Shown in pieces: positions 39,570 to 52,929 of a DNA stretch of 64,000 nucleotides. Within the stretch, counting starts at the first letter, position 1; every line of letters starts with the position of its first letter. The DNA is taken from NCBI RefSeq assembly GCF_006345805.1, contig NC_042999.1, positions 121,520,001 through 121,584,000 on the forward strand. The letters run 5' to 3'. This stretch comes from Octopus sinensis. Taxonomy: Eukaryota. The translations under genes were made by a program, and so were the position numbers. The notes under the pieces are model-generated. The model was not told the origin of the DNA. It was given only the letters and a program-made list of their open reading frames with translations, and made no database searches.

Positions 39570-39871
39570 GGTGCTTTTTACGTGCCACCCGCACAGGTGC
39601 CAGACAGAGCTGGCAAATGGCCACGAACAGATGGTGCTTTTACGTGCCACCAGCACGGGGGCCAGGCGAGGCTGGCAACGGACACGAATGAATGGTGCTT
39701 TTACGTGCCACCGGCACGGGGCCAGGTGAGGCTGGCAACGGACACAAACAGATGGTGCTTTTACGTGCCACCAGCATGGGGGCCAGGCGAGGCTGGCAGC
39801 AGACACGAACGGATGGTGCTTTTATGTGCCACCGGCACGGAGGCCAGACGGGGCAATGACCACGATCGGAT
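39570..39871. repeat. GC-rich minisatellite, five units of 57-63 bp, inside the RTE 3' UTR
   Basis: Units start at 39570, 39633, 39694, 39754 and 39815 with core ggtgcttttacgtgccacc. Confidence 0.93.
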
Positions 39872-39944
39872 GGTTCGCTTAACTCCAGCTGCAATTTCCA
39901 CTGATGTTAATTGACCTCAATTTTGGTTCTACTTTCTGATATCT

Positions 39945-39985
39945 GATTTGATTTGGTTTGATTTTGATTTTGATTTTGATTTTGA
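39945..39985. repeat. (GATTT/GATTTT)n microsatellite just downstream of the RTE stop codon
   Basis: Direct reading of the sequence. Confidence 0.9.
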
Positions 39986-41827
39986 CTGTTCTCACTGGTC
40001 TTGCCGGGTCTTCTCACACACAGCATACTTCCATAGGTCTCGGTCTCTAGTCATTTCCTTGGTGAGACCTAAAGTTCGAAGGTCGTGCTTCACCACCTCG
40101 TCCCAGGTTTTCCTGGGTCTACCTCTTCCACAGGTCTCCTCAACTGCCAGGGTGTGGCACTTTTTCACACACCTATCTTCATCCATTCTCGCCACATGAC
40201 CATACCAGCGCAATCGTCTCTCTTGCACACAACAACTGATGCTTCTTAGGTCCAACTTTTCTCTCAAGGTACTTACACTCCGTCAATTATGAACACTGAC
40301 ATTACACATCCAACGGAGCATACTAGCTTCATTTCTTGCGAGCTTACACAAATCTTCAGCAGTCACAGCCCAAGTTTCACTACCATGTAGCATGGCTGTA
40401 CGTACACATGCATCATACAGTCTGCCTTTTACTTTGAGTGAGAGGCCTCTTGTGCATGAAAAATGACATCTTGAAAGCTTTTGCCTTCAAATCAATTATG
40501 AAGCTATTTTCTACAAAGAAATTTTGCAAACATTTGTGCTGTACACTTGAACAGTAATAAATAATTTACTGCAATTCCGTGTTGTACCATTTCTATCTGC
40601 ATGATGTACCAGTTGCATATGATTATATGTTAAAATTTTTCAAGGTTCTTGCTATACACTTCAAAAGGTTGTGTTGATTAATCTCTAATGTAGTGTGTAT
40701 GCTTTTTTTATTGTTAACGTTTAAGCACTGATTTTGTTGAAATCACCTATCTATTTATATATTTATAAAACAATTTGCATTTTTATTGCTGTGACTGATA
40801 AATGGGTGGGTTCTGGAAATATCAGAAGTAGTTTTGCTGATATTTGAGGTGGGGCCTGTGCACAATGTGTATGCATGGCATAGGTCATAACACTTTGGTA
40901 ACTATCCTAATTGCGGTATTCCAAGTTCTGGAAAAACGTTTGTGTCTTCACTCTTAGACTAAAAAATATAAGATACTGACAGGCCTTTGAATTGAGGAGA
41001 GTTATTAAAAAGAGCATTAACTGAAAAGATCTGTCTTTGCATGTGATGAAGTTGAATAAGAATAGAATTTTTTAAATTTCTGTTTTTGGGATAGTTTTAA
41101 AACTTCTACTTATTTTCCATAATTATGTTTATACAAATTGCTTTTATGTGATTGTGCATGTATGGGCTTCAGTGCATTGCTTTATTAGGGAGTCTATAAT
41201 GCTGTTCAGGCAGACCTGTATGTAAATATCGTTATTTTTATTTTGCTATTTTAATTGAGACTAACTGTACCGGTGAAAATTCAAACTATTTTGAAAACTA
41301 CATGAATGGGTGGGGGCGTGGTCCTTGAGATTAGAACTCAAGGTTTACTTTATCACTCACAATGGTATCTCTGGAGACATTGGTCTGAATAATTTTAATT
41401 CTTGTTTTACATCTTATGGTGGGTAAATTCTCTTGCAATGAAGATATGTTGTTGTGAAGAGTTAACTGTGGTGATATTTTGATTTAAGTGAAGCATGTAT
41501 AAGAATGAAAGTGAAAATAAGAGAGAATATGGGAATAAACAAGTGGGCTATCCTGAGTAAAATTTATTATACTCACATTTCAGGCTTAGTTGATAAGAAC
41601 CTGTATTTTTATATATATGAGTGATATTCAATGTTTTTAAATTATTAAGTAATTAGACTGAAGCATAATAACTGTACAGGTTACTATGTGTGTTTGTGTG
41701 TGTGTGCATGTAGATGTATGCATATATATATGTATGTGTATATGTATATCAGTGTGTGTGTGTTTGTGTGCCTGTGTGTATGTATATGTGTATGTTTATG
41801 TGTCTGTGCAGAGTTGAAATGCTTGAA

Positions 41828-41933
41828 GTGGAACTGATATTCACATTGATGTAGCTGCTGTATTGTTCAGGTATCAGCTTGTAAACTAGGTGAAAATTTG
41901 AGTCACAATATTGCTTACAAAGAAGTTAGCATA
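41828..41933. repeat. 106-bp direct repeat, copy 1, embedded between microsatellite tracts
   Basis: 103/106 identical to 42213-42318; a separate 15-mer gtgcagagttgaaat occurs at 41806-41820 and 42154-42168. Confidence 0.93.
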
Positions 41934-42212
41934 TATATATATAAAGTATCACATATAATAATTTACAATTGTGTTTTTGATAATGGTCACACTGGTTGAG
42001 ACTGGGCAGATTTAAAGATTTGGATGTGAGGAAGTGCTGTAGGAGTGAAAGTCCATTGGTTTATTATAGTAAATAGAGGTAGAAGAGGTTGATATTAATA
42101 ATGGCTGAAATATCTTGGAAATTGATGGTAATATACATTGAAAGTGAATTCCAGTGCAGAGTTGAAATACTTTAAATTCATGAAAAGAATGAGTTCTTCT
42201 CTAGTGAGTGAG

Positions 42213-42318
42213 GTGGAACTGATATTCACATTGATGTAGCTGCTGTATTGTTCAGGGATCAACTTGTAAACTAGGTGAAAATTTGAGTCACAATATTGCT
42301 TACAAAGACGTTAGCATA
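42213..42318. repeat. 106-bp direct repeat, copy 2
   Basis: See 41828-41933. Confidence 0.93.
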
Positions 42319-44259
42319 ACTAGTACACACATCTTGGTAGCTTGGTTTACTTCACTTCTTTGTAGAAATCACTTTAGAAGAAGAAACAGTAATTCATCAT
42401 TTGCATTAGCAACTTCCATGCTTTACTTTTTCACTAAGTTGCTGACAAAACATTAGCATGAGATAACCAAAATTAGAAACTCATCCTGTGTTGTTTGAAA
42501 GACATTAGATTTCATGTGTTCATTTATCTTTATATTAAAAGAATTCTGTTATATTTCTTATGTTATCGAGAATTATGTCTTTATCAGGTTTGATATTTTC
42601 TTGCTCATGTACATATTCAAAAGAAAATATTTTTAGAACCATTGAAAGGTCTTTGAGATGGAAATATTGGAACAAGATTAAAAAGGCTCCATTATATGAA
42701 CATCTTGCCTCAATTACAAAGTGCTTGCATTTTGAAATTGATTTTAAATATCAAATGCAGTGTCATGTAAATTATATTGATTTTCTAATATTAAATTTGA
42801 TATTATGTAAATTACTAAAATTCTATTTGACTAGAAAATTTATTAAAGAATTCAAAATTGTTTTAAAGAAATTTGTTTTATAAACTAAGTAAGTGCCATT
42901 TTGAAATTTGACTGGTGCCCATAATACTCATCTTTTTTTCTTCTATTAAAACAAAAAATATGGTTGGAGAATATACACAAATTGTTCTGAAGGGAAAGTT
43001 CATTAACAAACATCTAATATTGATGTCAAACAAATGATATACATATTTTATGTGCTTATGTATTAAAGTTGATTGGAATAATTGCCAACAATAGTTGACC
43101 TAGGTAGTTAACCTTGTATGGAAACAAATTTTATCAAATATGACACAAATGAGGAATTATTGTGACACTAAATAATGTCTCTTCCAAAACAGCATTGATT
43201 TTTATAAATCCTCATTTCCTTTTATTATTCTTAAAATATGTACATCGATTTATATAAATGTTCAACTTAATATATTCTTTGATAATATGTGCTTTTGGTA
43301 GAATATAATTACATAAATATTTGAATATTTAATAAATATTGATTAAAAAAAGTTTGTTGATGTGGTCATATTTATATGAACTTCATACATAGGAATGTGG
43401 GAATTATATTGATATATATATATTTGTGTGTGTGTATTTATATTTACATATATATTGTGTGTGCATACATATCTGCATGTGTGTGTATACACATACATAT
43501 ACACACACAAACAAAGATAGATAGCTATTACAGAAATAGAAATATACGTAAAAGAATTTATCTATGCTATATAATATGTGAATAATTTATTGTACCTAGC
43601 TCTCTTCTTTCATTACCAAGAATACAATTTCAAACTTTTCAATGTACAGCAATAGTTCAAGGGCTATACAAAACAAATCATTTTGTGAAGGACAGTAGAT
43701 TATTTTAATTTTAGAAATATATTTCCTATATTTATGTAGGTGGCTGTGACTAGGTGCTTTTATGTATGTATTTTGGATACAAGTATAGATACGTAAGTAA
43801 AAAGTTTGCCATGCATTCATGAAATCCCTAGTCCAGTCTTGAACTAGTTTATTTTATAATAGTTCTAGATAGATACAACTCTTCTGAGTGAAATTAGGGA
43901 GACAGAAAATGAGTTCAATATCATGGAATGTACTATATATATAATCAGGATTGTGAAATGAATGTCATAAAAAATGTAGCTCAAAATTCTCAAAGAATTG
44001 TGTATTGTATTAGAAAGAATCTAAAAATGAAAGTTTTACTAGTGAATTGAAGTGATTGGTGCTAGAAAAAGTAGGCAGTCTTAGACCTTATGCCAAAACA
44101 GAACATATAAACACACCCATCTAAGAGGGTAACAGCACCTTGTAGAATCAGAATCAAATCATGATGACCTACCAAACTAATCCTGTGCGAAGCAGAAATA
44201 AAGTAATAATCATGAGGATGAGGTATGTATGTTTGTGTGTGAATATGTGTGCATTTATA

Positions 44260-44845
44260 ATCATCATCATCTGTGTCATCATTTAACAACTGTTTTCCAT
44301 GCTGCCATGAGTGGATGGTTTGACTGAAAAATGGTAAGCTAGGGAGCTTCACTGGGTTCCAGTCTGATTTGGCATGGCTTCTATGGCTGGATACCCTGCC
44401 TAATGCCAACCACTCCAGGCGTGCAGTTAGTGCTTTTTACGTGCCACCAGCTTGGATACCAGCTGCATAACACCGGCATTGGCCATGATTATGATCTAAT
44501 TTGACCTGACAGATCTTCTCAGGCACTGTATATCACCAAAGGTCTCAATCACTTGTCACTACCTCCATGAGGTCCAACATTCAAAGGGTGCTTTTTATGT
44601 CACCCTGGCACAGGTGCCAGTTACATGATACTGGTATTGGCCATGACTACATTCTCACTTGGCTTGATGAGTCTTCTCAAGCACGACATATTGCTGAAGG
44701 TCTCTGTCATTTGTCATTACCTCCATGTGTCCCAATGTTTGAAGGTCATGCTTCACCACCAGTTCATCCTATATTTTCCTGAGTCTACCTCTTCCACGGG
44801 ATGCCTCTACCATTAGAGATCTGCATTTCTTCACACAACTGTCTT
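44260..44845 (-). mobile_element. Older copy of the RTE 3' end / 3' UTR family seen at 39400-40454
   Basis: tcatcatcatc tail, ttttccatgct, cctaatgccaaccactcc, gtgctttttacgtgccacc, and tttcctgagtctacctcttccac (RGR..KIWDE antisense); the ORF-end segment is internally duplicated. Confidence 0.82.
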
Positions 44846-44899
44846 AATATATATATATATGTGTGTGTATATATTAAAAACATACAAATCTATATCTCT

Positions 44900-45870
44900 A
44901 TGCTTATATACATATGCTTTTATATTTAGCCTCCTCACCTTGATGGGTGTGAAGGATGCCTGTGCTTGAGGTGGCTGTTCAAGGCAAGGGTAGTATAGAA
45001 GAGCAAAGGGCATTTATAGCAGGGGAGAGTTGGTAGGGGACGATGAAGTGTGAGTCACTCTGTGTATCTTCAATGTTTGCACTCTTCTTTTTGACATCTG
45101 TTATTTTTCATCAGGTCTGTTCCCTTGATGATGACATGCTGCCTCTTTGGAAAGTCCTTGGCAATTGTCTGCCAAATATTTGGATCAGTGGAGTAGTGGA
45201 GGAGAGTGGTCTTGAGTTGGTCTCAGAAAAGGAATCTGGGGGCTCCATGTGGGTCGGTGTCTGTGACGAACTCTGCAAAGAGGAATAGACAGGGGGTCCC
45301 AACCAGCAGAGTTAGTACTGTTCCATAGTAGCTTCAGTGCTGGATAGTCAAGCCCAGAGCATAACTTCTTCATTGGTAATGTAGTCCTTCCATTGAATCC
45401 TCATGATGATGTGAAGTTTGTGCTGTTGGAAATGTTTGATTTTCTTCTTGTTCATACAACAGCCACATCTCACAGCTGTAGAGAACTGTGGAATGGACAA
45501 TGGCATGGAGTACCATGATTTCCGTTTGGATGGTGAGGTCGTGGTTCAGAAAGATTCATTTTGAGAGTATTCCGAAAGCAGTATTGGCTGCAGTGATCCT
45601 ATTCTTCATGTCTTTCTGAATGGTGAAATTATTGGGCAGGTAGCTTCTGAGATATAGGAAAGCCTCTATGGTTTTGAGAACAGTGCCATTAATCTTATAT
45701 CACTGGTGTCTGGGGGAGGTTGGCCAGGAGCTTCCTGTGCTAAGATCTTCATCTTCATAATGTTTGTGGCCAGACTAAATTGGGTATACAAATTCTTGAA
45801 GAGGCTCATAGCCTCCTAAAGACTGGAAACTGAGTGCATGATGCATGGGAGTGGCATTGCTATCAGTGTA
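44900..45870 (-). mobile_element. Degenerate RTE-type LINE (RT C-terminal region) ending in a C2H2-like finger
   Basis: Minus strand KKIKHFQQHKLHIIMRIQWKDYITNEEVM..LCWLG.. matches the RTE region after the RT; the ORF ends CYKCPLLFYTTLALNSHLKHRHPSHPSR* (45021-44935). Confidence 0.8.
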
Positions 45871-48800
45871 ATGCAGCTCATACACCTTGGCAGGCAGTGT
45901 TGTAAACATTATGTCACTAATAAATATTTTTTAACAAGTCTACTGACTATTTGCAGCACCAGCACCTGTTCTGGCGCTGTGATTCTATACAAAGTTGGTG
46001 GAGTTACATTACTGCTATCTCTAGTGTCTGGGTCTAAAGGAAAAATTAATCGTTATATAAAATATTTTCTAAGTAAATTTTTAACATAATGCTCATTCGA
46101 ACTCATTTAACATTTTTGTATTTGTTTGTCTTGTGATGTCCCTTTCTATGTACGATCAGTTTGATCATAATAATGATTTTACCTCTAGTGTCTGGGTGTC
46201 CATCGTTGAGAAGGCCTTTGTGGTCTCAATACTAGCAGTGGTGGAGATTTATTTCCTTGCTAGTGATATAAACAAGAGTTTGTTTTCCACTAAATATCAA
46301 TATAAGAGTTGCATTTTAGTTTTCATACAAATATTTATAAAATCTTATCACTATTGTTATTCAATACAATTTTAGAATTAGCTATACAATAGTCACTTGC
46401 AATTTCAGCATCCTAACTTATGATTTAGTAAAATCCAGAAATATCAAGTAACAGAACATTTTATTTAATTAAATATCAAAAAGTGAAATTATGCAAAGAT
46501 ATTCAAAAGATTTTGACTTCTGTTAATATTTTACAGTTAATATTCTTTTACATTGATATTTCCCCCTAAGATATAGATTAACAGCATTTTTCATGTTTCT
46601 TGTTAGTAATGTATTTTAGTCCCTCAAAATAAAACAAAATTGTTTCTTTTGATCTAATCAATTACTGTCTTAATCTGAACAATAAAGAAAGGAAACAGAC
46701 AAAGCAAAATGCAGTGTTGCATGTCTTTTGTAAACAATACTTCACAGAAAGTTATTCATTTTTATTTCATAGGATAATTAAATAAAAAGTGAGAGGAAGA
46801 TGGAAAAAATAACATTAATGTATTCAGCTAAACAATTAAAAAAATATTACAAAATGATTCATTGGTTGTTGATGAAACAAGCAACAGCAATTTATCAAAA
46901 GAAAAGCATTTAAATTATTTGTGGCAGTAATTCATCTTAAAGTATGTAGCATAAAAAAAAAAATCTTTTGTGGTAGTTCTTTCTTGGTAGTGAAAATATG
47001 GTCAATAAAACAGTAATCTGGATGTTTGAAAAGAAGGAGAAAAAATCTTTACAAATGAAATTGATGTTGTTTTGGATATGTTCTCAAGATATGTAGTTTT
47101 AATGACTGAATGTAAATTATAAATAGTTAAACATATTTCTCTGAAAAACCCTTCATCTTGATTTTCCCCAGCAATATTTCTTACCAGTTGAGCTCTTTAC
47201 ATAATTGAATATCTATTAATATAGCTGACTGATTTTGCTAACAATGAAACAAAGTTATATTTGTATTTTTTTAAATGTATCATTAAAAATATTTGTGATG
47301 TTTCAATCTAAGTCTTGGATAATAAATATTAGAATTCACTAAGAAAGTTCTATAATTTATTATTGTAAATCATTATTTTTCTCTTTTATTTCATTGGTTA
47401 TTTTCTTAATAGTGACTATTTTTTAAAATATATATTGAGAGATTTAATATGGAAACATAATGGTAGGCAGAGATACCAACTTAGCACATGTAAAAGACTT
47501 CAGCAATAAAAATAAAATCAGTAGTTACTTTACTATTTTTATAATTTGAGAAACTAGGAGCAAAATTAGTTAAAATTTTTGGGTGTCTCTCAGTTGAAAA
47601 TAATCGATTTAAATAAGCATATTATGTTTTTGGGAAAAACCAAATGCATATCTTGTGACCAAATTTTTCAACACTAAAAAATACTCTCTATTGTTACATG
47701 TTGTCCATTATTAGTGACCACCATACACAGATTTCAACCTACCAAATAATGGTAGAAAGACAAAATGCACTTAGCAGAACATGAGGAAACATATGGGATG
47801 GAGAGTCAGTGAAGAGGTCACAGGATGTGTGATGAAAGATTTCCAGACAAATGACATTAAAATAAGAATTATAATAAAGCTGAAGTGAACAACCAGTATA
47901 TAGTATTTGTGGTTATTTGGCAAAAAATACAAAAATGACCAACCTCAAATATAACTATAAATAATCGTAGTTTTCTTTTTATGTTGGTTCCATGCAGTTA
48001 AGGTTCCTTTCCCCTTTGCCCTAAGTAGATGAAAGATTTTACCAAGTGGCTAAGAAATAGAAGTGGCAGAATACACTTCTTAAGATTAGTATCATTCCCC
48101 ATTAATCATTGTTGACTGAAGGGACTGATTATTAATGAATCTGTTAAAGAATTGATTATAAATGGATTTGTTAGAGAGTTAATCAAAAGGCAGATCACTA
48201 TGAGTAAAACTTTTAAATTAAGTATTTAAACATTGTTATTGTTAGAGAATGTAGTTGTAAGGTATGTATTTTTTCACATTTATTTTATAAGAATCTTGCT
48301 TCAATAAAACAACATATTTTTAAAATCTTAATGACTATAAATTTGCAATACCAAGTTAAAATTTGAAATTACTACTATGGATTGGATAGTATCATCACTA
48401 CTACAGTTTATGGCTCATTGTATTTTTTCCTACTCTCTGATAAGATATCTTCCACAATATTTTGTCTATGAAATTTAGTGAGATAGGGTATCTTCTTATG
48501 CAGCCTTTTCTAAGTTCAGGCTTTTCCAGAGATAAATAGATATAGAATTATATAAACTCTATAGGGTTGTAGACAACACTATAATCCAATAATCTAGAAT
48601 GGAAAATTTGTAACAAGAAAAATACATGCATATATGCACAATCTATAATATACTTTTATTTAACATGCTGTTTTCATTTATTGTCTCTATTGATTTTCTT
48701 TCACAATCATATCTTTCCTAGCAACTCTCTTCTGGATGAAAATAGTTTGTTCTCTTTTATTGCTTTCTAATTATTTTCAGTTCTTCAATTTTTCAATAAT

Positions 48801-50949
48801 TTATTCTGATCTGAAACATGGTAACTCTACCTGCACCATATCAATAATGAGCGGTATACATTGTATGATGAAAACCTTAATTTCTATTATATAAAACAGT
48901 TAAAAGAGCATACAGAAAATACATTTATACATTCAATTCTATCTGTAGAAAATTTTTTCATACTACAACAGTTAGTTTTCATTTCCAGCACAAAGATCAA
49001 ATTAAAGAAAATTAGAAAGTAGGTAGATTTTGAGTTTGACAAATACACTGTAAAAACACATGTTTACTATTTCAATTGATATATATGATATTCTGAAGAT
49101 TTTGCATGTGACTTATTAAATTATTTCCTCTAAACAGGAATGATCCATTCACATCAGCCTCAAAATTATCAACAATAGTTTCATCATTATACGTGTTCTT
49201 ATGTTATACTGTTATGATTTAAACAGGCTTCTTCACTAAACACTCTTCACATTCCTTGATCTTCTGTAATTTCCATTTTTAGATATAACTATAGCAAAAT
49301 GAATTCTAATGATTTCATTTCAAATATTTTAAAAATATCTACCTTTAATCACAAATTTGAATATACTTTACTATTCTTCTTTTATTCTTTCCACATGCCT
49401 ATAAAATTTCTATCTTCTCAATATATTTATTGTTATGTATTCAACTCTAAAGATTATAATGAGAACATTCTTATTCATGTAAGCATGTATTCAGATTATC
49501 TTGTTCTAATGATACCCTGTAGGGAGCAGAGAGAATTTAAACAGTATAATTACAATAAATATTTTGGTGTGTGAATAATAATGGGAACAAACAAAACAAA
49601 TATATTTTACACCTTTATTAATAACTTAATAGCAAGATAATTTATTTGTTGTGATTCTGAATTTTTTATATTCTATTGGTGAATAAAATTTAGAAGAGAA
49701 AATAAGAATTGTCAACCACACCATTATGACTAAAATATCTGAAAGACTTATTTAGTCTTTCAGTAACCTCATTTCATTTTCAAGTTAAATTACTACTGAA
49801 GTGACTAATACTCTATTATTGATTAATACTTTATTATTGTTGTGACAATTTTGCAATATTTCAACTAGCTTCAAAACAAGCATATTCTGTGTTTAAATTC
49901 ATCTTAATAGCTTTCATAAACTTACCAGGGAAACCTTTAATACTTACATTTGCACTTATAATTATCATCATATCATTACCAGCTGCTGCTGTAGCAGTAT
50001 TTCCATCACTATCACTATCACTTATATCATCATTAAAGTGATCTCACCCGATTTGATCTACATGCATATTAATATTTCATCTGTATCTAGTCCTTTAAAA
50101 CTTCTAATGAGCTGATAACATTTAAATTTCAGTCCTTCCAATTTGATGACAATAATGACTGGCATGCTATAACACATTTCTGTTAAGCCTATCATCAATT
50201 TTAATTGCATGTCCAAATCATCATGGTATTTCTTTCATAGCAGCTACAACAACAAATAGCTCTTATATCATACTGACAACCAAATTATACTCACAGAATA
50301 TAGGTAAATTTCTGTTCCAAAGTACTTATAGAAATACCTTCCAATGATATAGCAATCCATTTTGAAATGCAATGCATTTCAAGATGACTGACAAGAAACC
50401 ATTTGCTCCAAATGTATAAATAGGGATAACAGGATAAACTATTATGCTAGCTTCCTTAATACTACTGCTAGTTTCTATTAACCAAGCTAACAAATTAGTT
50501 ATGGAACTGTTTATAGCAGAAGAATAGTAGCTAGAATAATAAGGAAATGAAAGGTCAAGGTATTATTACTTAGGTTGGTTACTAAGGATTTCTTTTTACA
50601 AAAGGAGGACTGTATGAAATATGTGTCAAGTGCTGCTTATTAGTAACATACTGATTTAAAATATATAAGATCTGTAAGCACTGGATTTAACTTTAGTATG
50701 CTCTTCTGGATGTGAAATATTAATTTGCTGGATCAGTGACTTCACAGGTATGGAGGTGAATGAACTGAGTGAAAAGGTGCAGAGTGATGACATTTGAGGG
50801 TAACCATGACACAAAAGGCCAAAGGAGATATAGGAATAAATGATGAGCTTAGATCAACAGCATTGTGGAGATGGGCCACACAGGCAAGATAATATTGGAT
50901 TAATTTAAATGGATATATTTTAAAGACATGTCCAACATATTCTAGCAAG

Positions 50950-51250
50950 GGATAGTTGGCTTCAAACTGGCACTCCATGAGTTACAATGATTAAGGTTCC
51001 AATTTGATCTGATCACTGGAACATGCAATTAACATGCAAGTGGCTGAGTACTCCACCAACATGTGTACCCAGATTCTTATTCAGGCTGTTGCTGATCATT
51101 TCAGCAAAATGAAATTTTACATTGGTGTGTGCAGTACCCAGATTCTTACTCAGTGAGAGTCAGCATGAAACAGAATGTGACAAGGCTGGCCCTTTGAAAT
51201 ACAAATACTACTCATTTTCTCCAGCTGAGTGGCTTCAAGCAATGATGAGG
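50950..51250 (-). mobile_element. Probable degenerate SINE of a third family
   Basis: gtggctgagtactccac..gtgacaaggctggccctttgaaatac..ccagctgagtgg resembles an abundant octopus repeat recalled from memory; there is no second in-window copy to confirm it. Confidence 0.4.
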
Positions 51251-52929
51251 ATAATACTATGCTTTATTTGCTTCATGGTCTCACCATAAGTGACTAATTT
51301 TGCAATGTGAACAACAAATGATAGAAACAGTAGACCATTAGCTTATACTTTGTGTTCTCATTATGGCTTTCATGTTCTGAGTTCAAAATCAGACCCAAGA
51401 TGGTTTTGCCTTTCATAAAATAAGTACCAGTGAAATATTAGTCTGATATAATCAAATATACTATTTCATATATAGATAATTATATTGCTGACAGAAACCG
51501 ATAGAAGTGCCAAAGACCAATGTGTTTTTCATATAAGGTTGAAGTAAAATACTGAGTGCTAATGTTGTTTATATCTCATTGTGAAGTAGGTAATTTTCTG
51601 GAAAATCTTTCTTGTGAATACAATATAAAAGAAGGATATAAACAGATGGGAAATGTTTCTTGAGATGATGTATTTTTGTGAGTAAAATGAATTTAACACT
51701 TTTTACATTCCTGTTTTACATTCATTTAAAGTAAAACCTGTTTCTGTCATTCAGGATTCTGGAACAAAGCAACACTTGTGATAACAAATTTTACATAGGT
51801 TTTAGGAACAGATATAAAAACAGATACAAAAACAGTAGTGCAAAGTAATCCATTTTAAACATTATAAGGAAGAAACAGAACACGGGTCAATATTTTGGAT
51901 GATGGTTCTTTGTGGAAGGAAAAGAAAAAAGGTGAGAAAAAAAATGGTAGAAGTGCTGTTGAAGCAATATTTTGCAGTGAAAAGCCATATGACAAATTAA
52001 TAAAATGAAAAACAGAAGCAGTTTGTATGGAACCTCTTATTCAACAGGAAGAGTGTTTCTTTTAATCAAGAGAGATAATGTGGAAGACTATTGATGCGTG
52101 TGTGTGTATTGAGTCAATGGAAATAAGAAGTGAGAATATATTTTGTATGCATCTATGTTCGTGTAGATAAGCGAATGTGCTTGTGTAGAACTGTGTGTAT
52201 GTGTGTGTGTGGACATATGAACATGCTTGTATGGGCATGTTGTATATAGGTGTACTTATATTGCTATGTTACATTATTGGTATGAATGAGGCATAACAAT
52301 ATATGTACATGTCATATACAGATAGTGTATACATATGCTTGTATGTAGAGACAGCAGGAATAGGTTTTGAAGTTCATAGGAAAGTACTTACCAGAATGTT
52401 AGGGAAAGGCAGTAATACTAAAGCAAATCAAAATGATTATACATTCTAGCTGAGCGAACTGTGTATGTGTGGACAGAAGATTAACTGTTGCTCATAGTGC
52501 AAATGGGAAATAATTAATCCATTGATCCGTAGTGTGAGAGGATATTGCAGAGAAAGAGAGAGAGATACGGGTGGATATGGTCAGCAGAACTGCAATGCCA
52601 AGTCTCAATACAGATAAAACAATAGCCTCTGTAGCCATGACTTAAACATTGATACCCATTCACTCTTAAAGTCTATCACTTTGCATACACTGGTTACCCA
52701 TAAGTAATTTGTTCATTACAGAATAAAATTAATAACCTTGTGCTCCTTCTTTATTTATTAAAAAAAATTGTCTATGAAACACTGGATATAATTAAAACAT
52801 GCTGATGCAACCAGCTTTTGGATTACTAGTGGCTTGAATTTATATTATGTATGTATGTGCATGTGTGTTTGTGTGAGTGCAAGAGAAAATAAACTGCAGA
52901 AAGAAGTTTGATGTCAGGTTTACTTAGCT

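Larger units (their letters stand above)
39400..40454 (-). mobile_element. Young 5'-truncated RTE-type LINE (RT C-terminus, long 3' UTR, (GAT)n tail)
   Basis: Minus strand TRGLSLKVKGRLYDACVRTAMLHGSETWAVT..RRLRWYGHVARMDEDRCVKKC..GRGRPRKTWDEVVKHDL..* (stop at 39992); (cat)n tail at 39400-39423; CpGs largely retained. Confidence 0.92.

Noticed and set aside
39570-39871. CRISPR-like array, or coding repeat ORF 39453-39914
   Set aside because: Whole units repeat with no unique spacers, there are no cas genes and the context is eukaryotic; the ORFs are by-products of a GC-rich minisatellite in a LINE 3' UTR.
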